A stretch of DNA of 40,800 nt from a virus (lineage: Duplodnaviria; Heunggongvirae; Uroviricota; Caudoviricetes): the IMG/VR virus record IMGVR_UViG_2571042621_000026. The stretch is one strand, 5' to 3'. Under the pieces are notes generated by a model. It had not been told where the DNA came from. It did no database searches and was given only the letters and a program-made list of their open reading frames with translations. Shown here piece after piece: positions 10,359 through 18,681 of the stretch; position 1 is the stretch's first letter, and every line of letters begins with the position of its first letter. A program made the translations under genes and the position numbers.

Positions 10359-11261
10359 TTAACCCTCCAGTGCTTTTTCAGCCAGGGTGATTACTTCAGC
10401 GAGATTTTCATCCGTTACTTCACCAAGTTTCCTGGCTCCCTGTTTTTCCAGAATTGCAATAGCTTCTGCCCGGTAACCCCCTTTTGCTAACTGGAGGATC
10501 AACCCTTCAGCTTGTTTGCGTAGTGCCGCGAAATCAATTGTATGGTCATCTTTGGCGTCATTATTCTGGCTGGAATTTGCTGCGTCTCTGCGTGCAAATT
10601 CTTCCTGCAGCTGAAGGTACTCAACACGGTTGATCTCGATATGGCCTTTTTTCAGCATCTCGTTCAACTTGCGTAAGGTGTGGAGTTCACTGGCTGCTGT
10701 GCCGGATACATTTTTGACGTAAAACGGCCCCGTGCGTTCTCCATCCTTGTTACTGGCCTTTTTCGGCTTAACTTCATCACGCCCATCCGCAGGTGCATCA
10801 AGTAGCTGCTCGGCAAAAGCACGTCGCTCGCCGATGGTTGGCAGGTCGTCCCAGAACTTAAGGATGTTACGGGACAGGTCCAGGAGAGCAGGTTTAAGCA
10901 GCGCCCTGGCTCGTTTGACGCCCTGCAATGCGCTGTCGAGAGCATCAATCTGAACAACTCGTTTATCGCCTTCAGCATCACGGTAGGCAACAGCACGTTG
11001 CAGCATGTCTTCTGTGATAGGGGTGGCTACCGGGTAGAAACCAGCCAGTGCGATAACGTCGCTGAACTCCAGATCATCCAGTGTCATTGCCGCTGACATA
11101 TTTTCAGTTTCAGTTGCTGTATCCCGACATTCCTGCACTCGTGAAATCGTGTCAGGATGCATAACAATGCCTGATGCCATTGTGCGGATAAGACGTTCAA
11201 GCAGCGCATTATGTTGTGCCAGAAGTTGATTATTAAGTTCTAGACTGGTTTCTAAACTCAT
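10359..11261 (-). CDS. Hypothetical phage early protein
   Basis: 300-aa ORF, predicted helical, no recognisable motif. ATGA overlap with the upstream gene. Confidence 0.5.
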   Translation of the reverse strand: MSLETSLELNNQLLAQHNALLERLIRTMASGIVMHPDTISRVQECRDTATETENMSAAMTLDDLEFSDVIALAGFYPVATPITEDMLQRAVAYRDAEGDKRVVQIDALDSALQGVKRARALLKPALLDLSRNILKFWDDLPTIGERRAFAEQLLDAPADGRDEVKPKKASNKDGERTGPFYVKNVSGTAASELHTLRKLNEMLKKGHIEINRVEYLQLQEEFARRDAANSSQNNDAKDDHTIDFAALRKQAEGLILQLAKGGYRAEAIAILEKQGARKLGEVTDENLAEVITLAEKALEG

Positions 11262-11428
11262 ACTGTGGTCCTCGCTACAAGGAGAATGAAAGTGATGATC
11301 AGACCGAGCGCAGTGGCAACGGCCAGACCGGTCATCAAATCGAAGTTTTTACGGCGATAACGGAGAACATCGCGCCCCGTCAGTCGATGGATGTGTTCAG
11401 GTTTCATCGGTTGTATTCCTTTTTTCAT
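11258..11428 (-). CDS. Small membrane-anchored protein
   Basis: About 50-60 aa with a C-terminal hydrophobic helix. The start is ambiguous: GTG at 11440, or ATG at 11428 or 11407. Confidence 0.35.
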   Translation of the reverse strand: MKKGIQPMKPEHIHRLTGRDVLRYRRKNFDLMTGLAVATALGLIITFILLVARTTV

Positions 11429-11523
11429 ATCGGGGAGCACGCTGTTGCGAGTGCGCTTTCAGACATAAAAAAGCCCGTCACGTGAGGCGGGCAAAGACTA
11501 CACACAGCAATTACATGGATGAT

Positions 11524-11718
11524 TCAGTTGGTATTGTGCGTACGTGGTACCACAAGGTTGAAGCGGACACGCCAGTGCGTTGCAATGGTATGCAGGAAAG
11601 CACCACATCCAGGGCAGTGCTCATAACATTCGTTGATTTGGTATCGTTTTGGCTTTGGTGTCAGAAGCTGTGTTTGGCAAGCAGGGCATTCACCTTTGAG
11701 CGGTTTATACGTTTTCAC
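11524..11718 (-). CDS. Zinc-ribbon protein, first gene of the leftward early operon
   Basis: 64 aa with CPAC...CPGC. GTG start at 11716-11718 with a GAGGA SD 7 nt upstream. Confidence 0.45.
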   Translation of the reverse strand: MKTYKPLKGECPACQTQLLTPKPKRYQINECYEHCPGCGAFLHTIATHWRVRFNLVVPRTHNTN

Positions 11719-12002
11719 GCCGTTTCCTCATTCAGTTCACTTTGGTGGTTCGGCGGCTTCGACTTGTATCAGTAGACAGTGCTTCGCCGCACCCCAAAGG
11801 GAACTTACTGACCCGTATTGCCGACATCCTGTCCCGCCACGGTCCCGACGCATGGTTTAGAGTCGCGCCGTTCGACTTGTGGCTAAAGATACAATTTGAG
11901 TTGTATTGTGTAAACCACAAATGTAGTATTTTGTGGGGTGTGAATACTACTTTATTGATATTTAAGTGAATTTAATTTGTAAGACTTTACAAATGGGGTA
12001 AG

Positions 12003-12021
12003 GGAGGCTGTTACGCCTCCC
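12003..12021 (-). terminator. Hairpin just downstream of the CI-like gene, possible terminator
   Basis: GGGAGGC-tgtta-GCCTCCC stem-loop 20 nt after the repressor stop. The U-tract on the minus-strand RNA is weak. Confidence 0.3.
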
Positions 12022-12040
12022 GATATTTACGGTGGGAATA

Positions 12041-12664
12041 CTAACGTTTACGGCGGTAAATACGGTGTTCGATCATTACACCTATGATCTGTAAGTTCAT
12101 ATCTGCACTACGAAAAATAGGGTAATCAGGATTTAGGGGGATTAATTCAAAGTCGTCGATGCCGATTCCTAATGGACGGTATTTTTTAAATGTAGCTTCG
12201 TGACCGTCGTTTTTGGCGACAACAAACTCCCCTGGTGCAGGACATAGATCAGGATCGATGATAACAATGTCTCCTTCTTTAAACTCTGGTTGCATGCTGT
12301 CGCCATCGATACGTAATGCGAAGCATGTTTCTGGAATGTCAGAGTCTGCCAAAATATATTCAAATTCCCCTGTCAGATCTGTTATGTCTCTTGCTTCTGT
12401 AAGCTCTCCTGCCTGAACGTAACTTAATATAGGTATGCGTCTGGTACTTATCTCCGCGAGAGGCATAATATTTTTACCGTTCAGTAGCCAGTCTGGGCTA
12501 CATTTCAAGGCCTTAGCCAGATCCAGAAGATTGCGTGGCTTTCTGGTTCGTCCACTTTCGATGGATTCTATGGATTGTTGGCTAACCCCTGCAGAATTCG
12601 CTACTTCCACTTGAGTCATTCCTAATTCCAAACGACGTGCTTTAAAACGGGCTGCGAGAGACAT
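12041..12664 (-). CDS. CI-like repressor (HTH_XRE plus S24 LexA-like autopeptidase domain)
   Basis: N-terminal HTH (LGMTQVEVANSAGVSQQSIESIESG) and a C-terminal S24 domain with Ser (GDSM) and Lys. Start taken at the internal ATG at 12664, which has an AAGGA SD; the six-frame ORF extends to 12715. Confidence 0.85.
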   Translation of the reverse strand: MSLAARFKARRLELGMTQVEVANSAGVSQQSIESIESGRTRKPRNLLDLAKALKCSPDWLLNGKNIMPLAEISTRRIPILSYVQAGELTEARDITDLTGEFEYILADSDIPETCFALRIDGDSMQPEFKEGDIVIIDPDLCPAPGEFVVAKNDGHEATFKKYRPLGIGIDDFELIPLNPDYPIFRSADMNLQIIGVMIEHRIYRRKR

Positions 12665-12784
12665 GGGATTAGTCCTTCTGGGTTGTATTAATGTGTATCC
12701 CCACATTAAAAACAATTTTTGTTGTATTTGACAAACCTCGTTTGTTGTTGCTAAATACCACTAAAATTGTATGAGGTGAAAGCA
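12665..12784. promoter_or_regulatory. Divergent immunity promoter/operator region (OR-like) between the CI-like and Cro-like genes
   Basis: 120-bp AT-rich intergenic region containing the palindrome TTAATGTG-N6-CACATTAA (12688..12709) and further short dyads (TTGT..ACAA). Confidence 0.5.
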
Positions 12785-12997
12785 ATGACCTTAGCGACCC
12801 GAGTAAAAGAACGACGTAAAGAACTCAAAATGACGCAAGTTACGTTGGCTGAGCTCACAGGAGTGAGCCAGCAGGCAATAAACAGAATTGAAAGTGGTGT
12901 TATTGCTCGGCCACGTTATCTTCTTGAAATGTCTATAGCATTGGATTGCGACCCTAATTGGCTGTTGTATGGCTTACAAAACGATAAAAAGGCTTAA
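12785..12997 (+). CDS. Cro-like HTH_XRE regulator
   Basis: 70 aa from the ATG at 12785 with a GAGGTGA SD. HTH (LTGVSQQAINRIESG). Divergent from the repressor gene. Confidence 0.75.
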   Translation: MTLATRVKERRKELKMTQVTLAELTGVSQQAINRIESGVIARPRYLLEMSIALDCDPNWLLYGLQNDKKA

Positions 12998-13000
12998 CCC

Positions 13001-15193
13001 ATGTCCGATAGCAAACCATGGGGAGCTACGCCTGATGAGTGGTTTCATTTCGACCTGGTATTGGGGAGAACTGATCATCTTCTCCCAGTTGTATGTAACC
13101 CCAGTGCGACCATATCCCCTGATAGTAAACTGAAAGCGTTGGGTAAGACGCCGAGTCGCTATAACCGGGACCGCCAGGTCACCGGTATTGCTCAATGGAC
13201 CGGGCATGTTGTTACTGAGCATGATTTTGCCCGCTGGTCGAATGAACCGGATTATGGCATCTGCGTGCGTACAGGCCATGGCTGGCTGGCGCTGGACTGT
13301 GATAGCGAAGATGAAGACATTCAGGCAGATATTCGCAAAACGCTTGTGCAACTTCTGGGTGAGTTGCCGCCGCGACGCTGGCGAGCAAACAGTAATAAGT
13401 GTCTGTATCTGCTGGCCGTTGATGGTGATTTCCGTAAGCGTATCCATCGCCTGGCGGGGGATATGGGCATTATCGAGTTGCTGGCGAACGGGCAGCAGTT
13501 CGTTGCCTGCGGTACGCACAGCAGCGGCGCGCGTATTGAATGGGACGGCGGTTTGCCGGATGAACCTCCGGCTATTACTGGTGAGCAGCTTGAAACGCTG
13601 TGGCAGCGCCTGGCTGAACAACTCCCTGTGTCGGTAACCACCGAAGCGGGCAACACGAAGATGCGCGACCGATCAGCATTCACGCCCGGCGCGACGGATG
13701 ATACAGCTGAATATCTTGATGCCAATGGCTGGACGCTGCTGGATGGCGCAAATGGTGAACGATATATCCGCTGTCCGTTTGAAGACGGCCACAGTAGCGG
13801 GGGCGATCCAACAAGCACAGTTTATTTTCCTGCGGGAACCGCGGGCTTTGAGCAGGGGCATTTTAAATGCCTGCATGCCAGTTGTGCGCATCGTGATGAC
13901 GGAGATTTCCTTAATGCCATCGGGATCCGCAACGACGATTTCGAAGATCTGACCAGCACCGAAGTGGCGGAACCTTTACCGCTGCCTGCTTTCGAGCGTG
14001 ATAAATGGGGGCGTATCGAGGCAACCATCAGCAACGCAGCCAAAGCAGTAGTACGCCCTGATTTTGTGGACATCGATATTCGCTTTGACCAGTTCCGCGA
14101 CGAAATCATGTTTGCCCCTGCAGGATCCGGACAATGGCAGGCATTCACCGATGCGGATTATGCGCGCCTGCGCATCACGATGGAAAAGCGGGGATTTAAA
14201 CCTGTTGGTCGTGAACTTATTCGCGATGTGGTGTTACTTGCAGCCGATGAACAACCATTCGATTCAGCGATCACCTGGCTGAACGGACTGGAGTGGGATG
14301 GCGTGCCGCGCATCGAATGTTTCTACCATACGCACTTCGGTACCGCCGACACGCCTTATACCCGTGCGGTGTCTATGTACATGTGGACCGCGTTGGCGGG
14401 GCGAGTACTGGAGCCAGGCATCAAAGCGGATATGGTGCCTATCCTCGTTGGTCCGCAGGGCTGCGGTAAGTCTTCCGGAGTGGAGGCACTGAGCCCTGAT
14501 CCTGCGTTCTTTACTGAAATCTCTTTTGCCGAAAAAGACGATGATCTCGCTCGAAAAATGCGTGGTCGGCTGGTGGCAGAGATTGGTGAACTGCGCGGAC
14601 TTAATACCAAAGAGCTGGAGTCAATCAAAGCGTTTGTGACGCGTACTCACGAAAACTGGATCCCGAAATACCGGGAGTTCGCCACCCAGTTTCCTCGTCG
14701 CCTGGTGTTCGTTGGTACCACCAATGAGGACGAATTCCTTGCGGACAAGACTGGTAACCGTCGCTGGCTTCCCGTGGAAGTGTCGAAAGTCGACGTGAAA
14801 GCGATAAAAAGAGATCTCCTTTTACTTTGGGCTGAGGCTCGTGAGGTGTTTCAGCGTCTGGGGGGTATCCAGTTCCGTGAGGCTGAACAACTGGCAGCGA
14901 GTGTCCATGAACAGTACACCATCAAGGATGCTTGGCTTGAAACGGTAGAGAAATGGCTCGACACGCCAGACCTGATGACTAATGAACTTCCGCGAAATTG
15001 CGAATTTTTACGCGCAAGTGATGTTTTGCGTGATGCGATTGGGCTAAATCCTGACCGCATCGGAAAACGCGAAGAAATGCGAATTAGTAATGTTTTGCAA
15101 AATTGCGGGTATAAGCGTGCCCAAAGGCGAATTGGGGGGAAAATGACTCGAATTTTTGAGGCGGTGTCCCAACCTGTACCAACCTCAAAATAG
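13001..15193 (+). CDS. Primase/helicase (prim-pol N-terminal domain, zinc-binding region, P-loop NTPase; P4 alpha / VirE-like)
   Basis: 730 aa with an acidic LALDCDSEDED motif, a Cys/His cluster (CPFEDGH...CLHASCAH) and Walker A (GPQGCGKSS). Confidence 0.8.
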   Translation: MSDSKPWGATPDEWFHFDLVLGRTDHLLPVVCNPSATISPDSKLKALGKTPSRYNRDRQVTGIAQWTGHVVTEHDFARWSNEPDYGICVRTGHGWLALDCDSEDEDIQADIRKTLVQLLGELPPRRWRANSNKCLYLLAVDGDFRKRIHRLAGDMGIIELLANGQQFVACGTHSSGARIEWDGGLPDEPPAITGEQLETLWQRLAEQLPVSVTTEAGNTKMRDRSAFTPGATDDTAEYLDANGWTLLDGANGERYIRCPFEDGHSSGGDPTSTVYFPAGTAGFEQGHFKCLHASCAHRDDGDFLNAIGIRNDDFEDLTSTEVAEPLPLPAFERDKWGRIEATISNAAKAVVRPDFVDIDIRFDQFRDEIMFAPAGSGQWQAFTDADYARLRITMEKRGFKPVGRELIRDVVLLAADEQPFDSAITWLNGLEWDGVPRIECFYHTHFGTADTPYTRAVSMYMWTALAGRVLEPGIKADMVPILVGPQGCGKSSGVEALSPDPAFFTEISFAEKDDDLARKMRGRLVAEIGELRGLNTKELESIKAFVTRTHENWIPKYREFATQFPRRLVFVGTTNEDEFLADKTGNRRWLPVEVSKVDVKAIKRDLLLLWAEAREVFQRLGGIQFREAEQLAASVHEQYTIKDAWLETVEKWLDTPDLMTNELPRNCEFLRASDVLRDAIGLNPDRIGKREEMRISNVLQNCGYKRAQRRIGGKMTRIFEAVSQPVPTSK

Positions 15194-15421
15194 AGGTTGG
15201 TACATTTTAACTAATTGAATTTAAAGGCCAGTACCAACTGTACCATCTGTACCAACCTAATTACTAAGAACCCCATATATATATATAAGTCGCTTGGGGA
15301 AAAGGTTTGAAAAGAGCTGGTACAGGTGGGTACAGGTTGGTACAGGCCGAACAAGGAATTTTTTGCACATAACAGCGTGTAATAAGCGAATCGGAACTGC
15401 GTTATCCACACCCACGGATAA
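15175..15421. repeat. Iteron array, (TA)7 tract and DnaA-box-like sites: candidate replication origin
   Basis: Perfect inverted repeat TGTACCAACC-N10-GGTTGGTACA (15175..15204) spanning the primase stop. Three tandem GTACCAnCT units at 15231..15257. ATATATATATATAT at 15275..15288. Three tandem TGGTACAGG units in opposite orientation at 15317..15346. TTATCCACA at 15402..15410 and, inverted, CACGGATAA at 15413..15421. Confidence 0.6.
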
Positions 15422-15474
15422 ACAAACGTGGTTCTCAGAAAATTTTTTCGTAGCAAAACGTAGAGGTCAGAGCT

Positions 15475-15897
15475 ATGCGTAATATTCAACAGGTTTTAGA
15501 GCGCTGGGGTGGCTGGGCAGCGAGTGAAGGTGGTAGTGTCTACTTTCCTCCTGTTGCAGCAGGGTTTAAGAATCTGCTACCCGCGACGCAGTCTGGAAGG
15601 CTGAAATGCAGTGACAATGACGGTCTTATCATCAACTCCGCTATGAGCTGCCTGAAGAAAAAAGATCCGTATCTGTGCACGCTCCTTGAGTGGCATTACG
15701 TCCAGGCCATGCCCGTGCGGGCGATGGGTGAGAAGCTCGGCGTATCTCACACCCACGTTCTGAAGAGGCTTCAGGCGGCAGAGGGATTTATTGACGGTTG
15801 CTTAGCCATGCTGGATGTGGTGCTCGAAATGGATCAGTCGGTTCAGTCAAAGCCTCAGGCTATCAGGACTTTGCGTAGGAGCTGCTCGGCGGCATAA
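15475..15897 (+). CDS. Q-type late-gene antiterminator
   Basis: 140 aa. The N-terminal region (VLERWGGWAA..YFPP..AAGFK) and a central LEWHY motif resemble the small phage antitermination-Q family. AGAGGT SD. Positioned upstream of the lysis cassette. Confidence 0.65.
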   Translation: MRNIQQVLERWGGWAASEGGSVYFPPVAAGFKNLLPATQSGRLKCSDNDGLIINSAMSCLKKKDPYLCTLLEWHYVQAMPVRAMGEKLGVSHTHVLKRLQAAEGFIDGCLAMLDVVLEMDQSVQSKPQAIRTLRRSCSAA

Positions 15898-15899
15898 TA
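15871..15899 (+). promoter_or_regulatory. Candidate sigma70 promoter overlapping the Q stop codon
   Basis: TTGCGT, 17-bp spacer, ATAATA (or CATAAT with a 16-bp spacer). Reads into the 113-aa gene. Confidence 0.35.
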
Positions 15900-15928
15900 T
15901 CCAGCAATCAATCACGTAAGGGAACCAG

Positions 15929-16270
15929 ATGGCTCTGATCAGCGTTCGCAACAGATTTGAAAGCTTCATGGAACAGAGGTACCCAGACCTGTCGTTGCAG
16001 GTCAAAGGTAATATTAGCGCATCAATGAAGGCTCAACTTGGCATCAGGATTGAACGAGAATTGTACAGTGAAGATGTTACTTACTGTGATTCAGCAGTTC
16101 AGTTGATGTGGACACTCTTTCAGGCAGGTGTTCTGGCCGAACGAAGAGCTACCAGCGTTACGCTTCCTGCGCTGAAGGCAAAGCCGGATAGCTTCTACGA
16201 TGCGGGTTATAACGAAGGTATTCAGGACTGTCGTAAACATCTGACGGCATCAGGCATCAAGGTAAGATAA
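15929..16270 (+). CDS. Hypothetical protein between Q and the lysis cassette
   Basis: 113-aa ORF with ATG and an AAGGGA SD. Followed by an intrinsic terminator. Confidence 0.5.
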   Translation: MALISVRNRFESFMEQRYPDLSLQVKGNISASMKAQLGIRIERELYSEDVTYCDSAVQLMWTLFQAGVLAERRATSVTLPALKAKPDSFYDAGYNEGIQDCRKHLTASGIKVR

Positions 16271-16336
16271 AAAATAGTTGTGGAATTCCAAAAAGCCGAT
16301 TAGCCTGATATCCGTTGAAAACAGTTCATCACGAAG

Positions 16337-16364
16337 AGGCTTCCGCAAGGGGGCCTTTTTTATT
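16337..16364 (+). terminator. Rho-independent terminator
   Basis: Stem AGGCUUCC/GGGGGCCU (8 bp, 2 G-U pairs) with a GCAA tetraloop, followed by TTTTTTATT. Confidence 0.6.
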
Positions 16365-16588
16365 GCCCCATTCTGGGGAAAAGTTAATAAAACAGGGCTT
16401 TCGCTGCGAAAAAACGCTATGCAGTTTTTGCCCTTTTTTATGCACCTTTTATTCACTCGAATTTCGTCATTCTGGACCACTTAAGTTGATTAAATAGGCC
16501 TTTCATCGCAAATCTATTGCGAGCGGGGATCGTGTGGTTCCTATAACGTACATTATGTTAAATAACTTCCTTTTTTAACAAATTTAAC

Positions 16589-16617
16589 AAGGTTCGCTAT
16601 GGCGAACTTTTTTTGTA
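16589..16617 (+). terminator. Rho-independent terminator upstream of the holin (tR'-like)
   Basis: Perfect stem GGTTCGC/GCGAACC with a UAUG loop, followed by TTTTTTTGT. A possible promoter lies upstream: TTGCGA at 16517 and TATAAC at 16542. Confidence 0.65.
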
Positions 16618-16715
16618 TTCAGGGCCCACCGAAGGACGGCTCATAACCCAATCCTACGGGCGTATACGCAGGGCCCGCCTTTCAACAACACCCCGTAATG
16701 GCGGAGGTGGGAAGT

Positions 16716-17057
16716 ATGAAAATGCACAATGCTCCTCATTCCTGGCCTGACTTACTGGAACTCTTACAAAGTTGGTGGCGTGGAGATACGCCGTTGGGCG
16801 CAGTGGTTATGTCAATTGTTATGGCTGGCTTGCGCATTGCCTATTTTGGCGGTGGCGGCGGCTGGAAACGAAAAACGCTTGAGATTTTGCTCTGTGGTGC
16901 TCTGACGCTGACTTTTGCATCCGCTCTTGAGTATGTCGGATGGCCTAAATCGCTTTCTGTTGCCATTGGTGGTGGTGTTGGGCTGATCGGTGTCGATGCT
17001 ATTCGTGGGGCTGCAATGCGAGTAATCGGTAACAAGTTTGGTGGCTCTAAGGAGTAA
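16716..17057 (+). CDS. Holin with dual-start motif (three predicted TM helices)
   Basis: Begins MKM..., three hydrophobic segments, charged C-terminus. GGAGG SD 8 nt upstream of the ATG at 16716. Immediately precedes the endolysin. Confidence 0.75.
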   Translation: MKMHNAPHSWPDLLELLQSWWRGDTPLGAVVMSIVMAGLRIAYFGGGGGWKRKTLEILLCGALTLTFASALEYVGWPKSLSVAIGGGVGLIGVDAIRGAAMRVIGNKFGGSKE

Positions 17058-17060
17058 TTC

Positions 17061-17537
17061 ATGCAGACACTAAATTCCCAACGTAAAGCTTTCCTGGATA
17101 TGGTGGCATGGTCAGAAGGAACGGATAACGGGCGACAACCGACACGTAATCACGGTTATGACGTTATCGTCGGAGGTGAGTTGTTCACTGATTACTCCGA
17201 TCACCCTCGCAAACTTGTCACGCTAAACCCGAAGCTTAAATCAACAGCCGCAGGCCGGTATCAGCTTCTTTCACGCTGGTGGGATGCCTACCGCAAGCAG
17301 CTTGGCCTGAAAGATTTTTCGCCAGAAAGTCAGGACGCTGTGGCGCTGCAGCAGATTAAAGAGCGTGGCGCTTTACCGATGATTGACCGTGGCGATATTC
17401 GTCAGGCAATCGACCGTTGCAGCAATATCTGGGCGTCGTTACCTGGTGCAGGTTACGGTCAGTATGAACATAAAATCGGTGACCTGATTTCCAGGTTTAA
17501 AGATGCTGGTGGGGTGGTAAATGAAGCTGACTTATAA
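17061..17537 (+). CDS. R: Endolysin, lambda R-like lytic transglycosylase
   Basis: 158 aa, near-identical over most of its length to phage lambda R as I recall it (QRKAFLDM.AWSEGTDNGRQ.TRNHGYDVIVGGELFTDYSDHPRKLVTLNPKLKST...). Confidence 0.9.
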   Translation: MQTLNSQRKAFLDMVAWSEGTDNGRQPTRNHGYDVIVGGELFTDYSDHPRKLVTLNPKLKSTAAGRYQLLSRWWDAYRKQLGLKDFSPESQDAVALQQIKERGALPMIDRGDIRQAIDRCSNIWASLPGAGYGQYEHKIGDLISRFKDAGGVVNEADL

Positions 17538-18045
17538 GATTGTCATCGCGGCATTTTTCTTCTCTGTCTTTGGGGCGCTCGTCTGGTCTGCAAACCATTA
17601 CCACAGCAAGTATCAGGCAGAAAAGTTGCGGGCTGATAAAGCGGAAGGTGAAGCTGAATATCAAGGGAAAGTGATAGCTAATCAGGCATTAAACTTCAAT
17701 CGTTTTAACCAGATAGCAGAAAACGCAAGCCGATTAAATTCTCTGGTCGACATCGATCACGAGAAGACAGTCATCAAATACCGTGAGGTTCTGCTCCGTG
17801 AAAAGAACTGTGATTTCCCTGTTCCTGTTGATATTGCTGTCGGGTTGCTCAACTACGCGAACCGTTTACGCGCCAGCGCATTGCACGCCGATTCCGGGGA
17901 CATTGACTCAGCCGGTGATCGTGCCACTACCACCAGAACGTTGACATATTGCCAGGCTGTTCTGTGGATTAACCCATTGTTGGCAGCCATCGAGAAGGCG
18001 AATAACCAGTTGGCTGGTGTCCGACAAATAGAACAGTCCCGGTAA
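17521..18045 (+). CDS. Rz: Rz-like inner-membrane spanin
   Basis: 174 aa with an N-terminal TM helix and a predicted coiled-coil periplasmic domain. Overlaps the endolysin stop and contains the embedded Rz1 frame. Confidence 0.7.
   Translation: MKLTYKIVIAAFFFSVFGALVWSANHYHSKYQAEKLRADKAEGEAEYQGKVIANQALNFNRFNQIAENASRLNSLVDIDHEKTVIKYREVLLREKNCDFPVPVDIAVGLLNYANRLRASALHADSGDIDSAGDRATTTRTLTYCQAVLWINPLLAAIEKANNQLAGVRQIEQSR
17798..17944 (+). CDS. Rz1: Rz1-like outer-membrane lipoprotein spanin, embedded in Rz in the +1 frame
   Basis: 48-aa ORF not in the supplied track (below its size cutoff). GTG start with GAGG 9 nt upstream, lipobox LLSGC, proline-rich C-terminus (PVIVPLPPER). Confidence 0.65.
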   Translation: MKRTVISLFLLILLSGCSTTRTVYAPAHCTPIPGTLTQPVIVPLPPER

Positions 18046-18106
18046 TAGCATTACAGAAGCTCTTCCTGGAGGGGCTTCGATAATGACCTGATAACTGGAA
18101 AATAAA

Positions 18107-18679
18107 ATGACTAAGAAGCTGAAAGCAAAACACGAGGTGTTTTGTCGCGAGTTTCTTGTCGATCTGAATGCTACACAAGCAGCTATTCGCGCAGGCTACG
18201 CCTCCAGGCGAGCACATGTTACGGGGGCTGAACTATACGGTAAACCTGAGATACGCGCCCGTATTAACGAGCTAAAGCAGGAGCGTATTGATCAACTGGG
18301 CATTGATGCGAATTATGTGCTGATGCGACTGGTTGAGATCGACAGGCTCGATGTGGCTGACATCCTGGAGGACGATTTAAGTATTAAGCCTCTGTCTGCG
18401 TGGCCGGAATCGTGGCGTCGGTACCTGAGTGGATTTAACCTCGCTGAAATGTTTGAGGGGCGAGGAGATGACAGAGAAATGGTCGGGATCCTTAAAAAGA
18501 TTAAGTGGCCTGATAAGGTTAAAAACCTTGAGTTGCTTGGGCGTCATGTTTCTGTTCAGGCGTTTAAAGACAATGTCAAAAATGAAGTGACTGGCGCTGA
18601 TGGAGGACCAGTCAGAACAGAAATTACCAACTTAACGCCGGAGCAGGCTGCAGAGGCGTATAGAAAAATGATGGGCTAA
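18107..18679 (+). CDS. Terminase small subunit
   Basis: 190 aa with an N-terminal DNA-binding-like region ([22 protein letters not shown]). Directly upstream of the large terminase gene. Confidence 0.65.
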   Translation: MTKKLKAKHEVFCREFLVDLNATQAAIRAGYASRRAHVTGAELYGKPEIRARINELKQERIDQLGIDANYVLMRLVEIDRLDVADILEDDLSIKPLSAWPESWRRYLSGFNLAEMFEGRGDDREMVGILKKIKWPDKVKNLELLGRHVSVQAFKDNVKNEVTGADGGPVRTEITNLTPEQAAEAYRKMMG

Positions 18680-18681
18680 GT

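Noticed and set aside
12711-12734. Additional short dyads (ACAA-TTTTT-GTTGT, TTGT-ATTTG-ACAA) as specific operator sites
   Set aside because: The arms are only 4 bp and AT-rich, so chance occurrence is likely. Only the 8-bp-arm palindrome at 12688..12709 is reported as a candidate operator.
15231-15346. Short tandem repeats considered as a possible CRISPR array
   Set aside because: The units are only 9-10 bp, directly abutting without spacers, and present in both orientations around an AT tract. That fits iterons, not CRISPR repeats.
16420-16470. GGGC...GCCC followed by TTTTTT, a possible third terminator in the Q-to-holin gap
   Set aside because: The stem arms are separated by about 35 nt with only weak internal pairing. 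It is much less convincing than the two terminators called.
16480-16700. Search for a tRNA gene between Q and the lysis genes, a common site in lambdoid phages, and at the prophage junction
   Set aside because: No sequence with a T-arm (GGTTCGAATCC-like), acceptor stem pairing and a cloverleaf could be found by eye. A tRNA scanning tool would be needed to exclude one fully.
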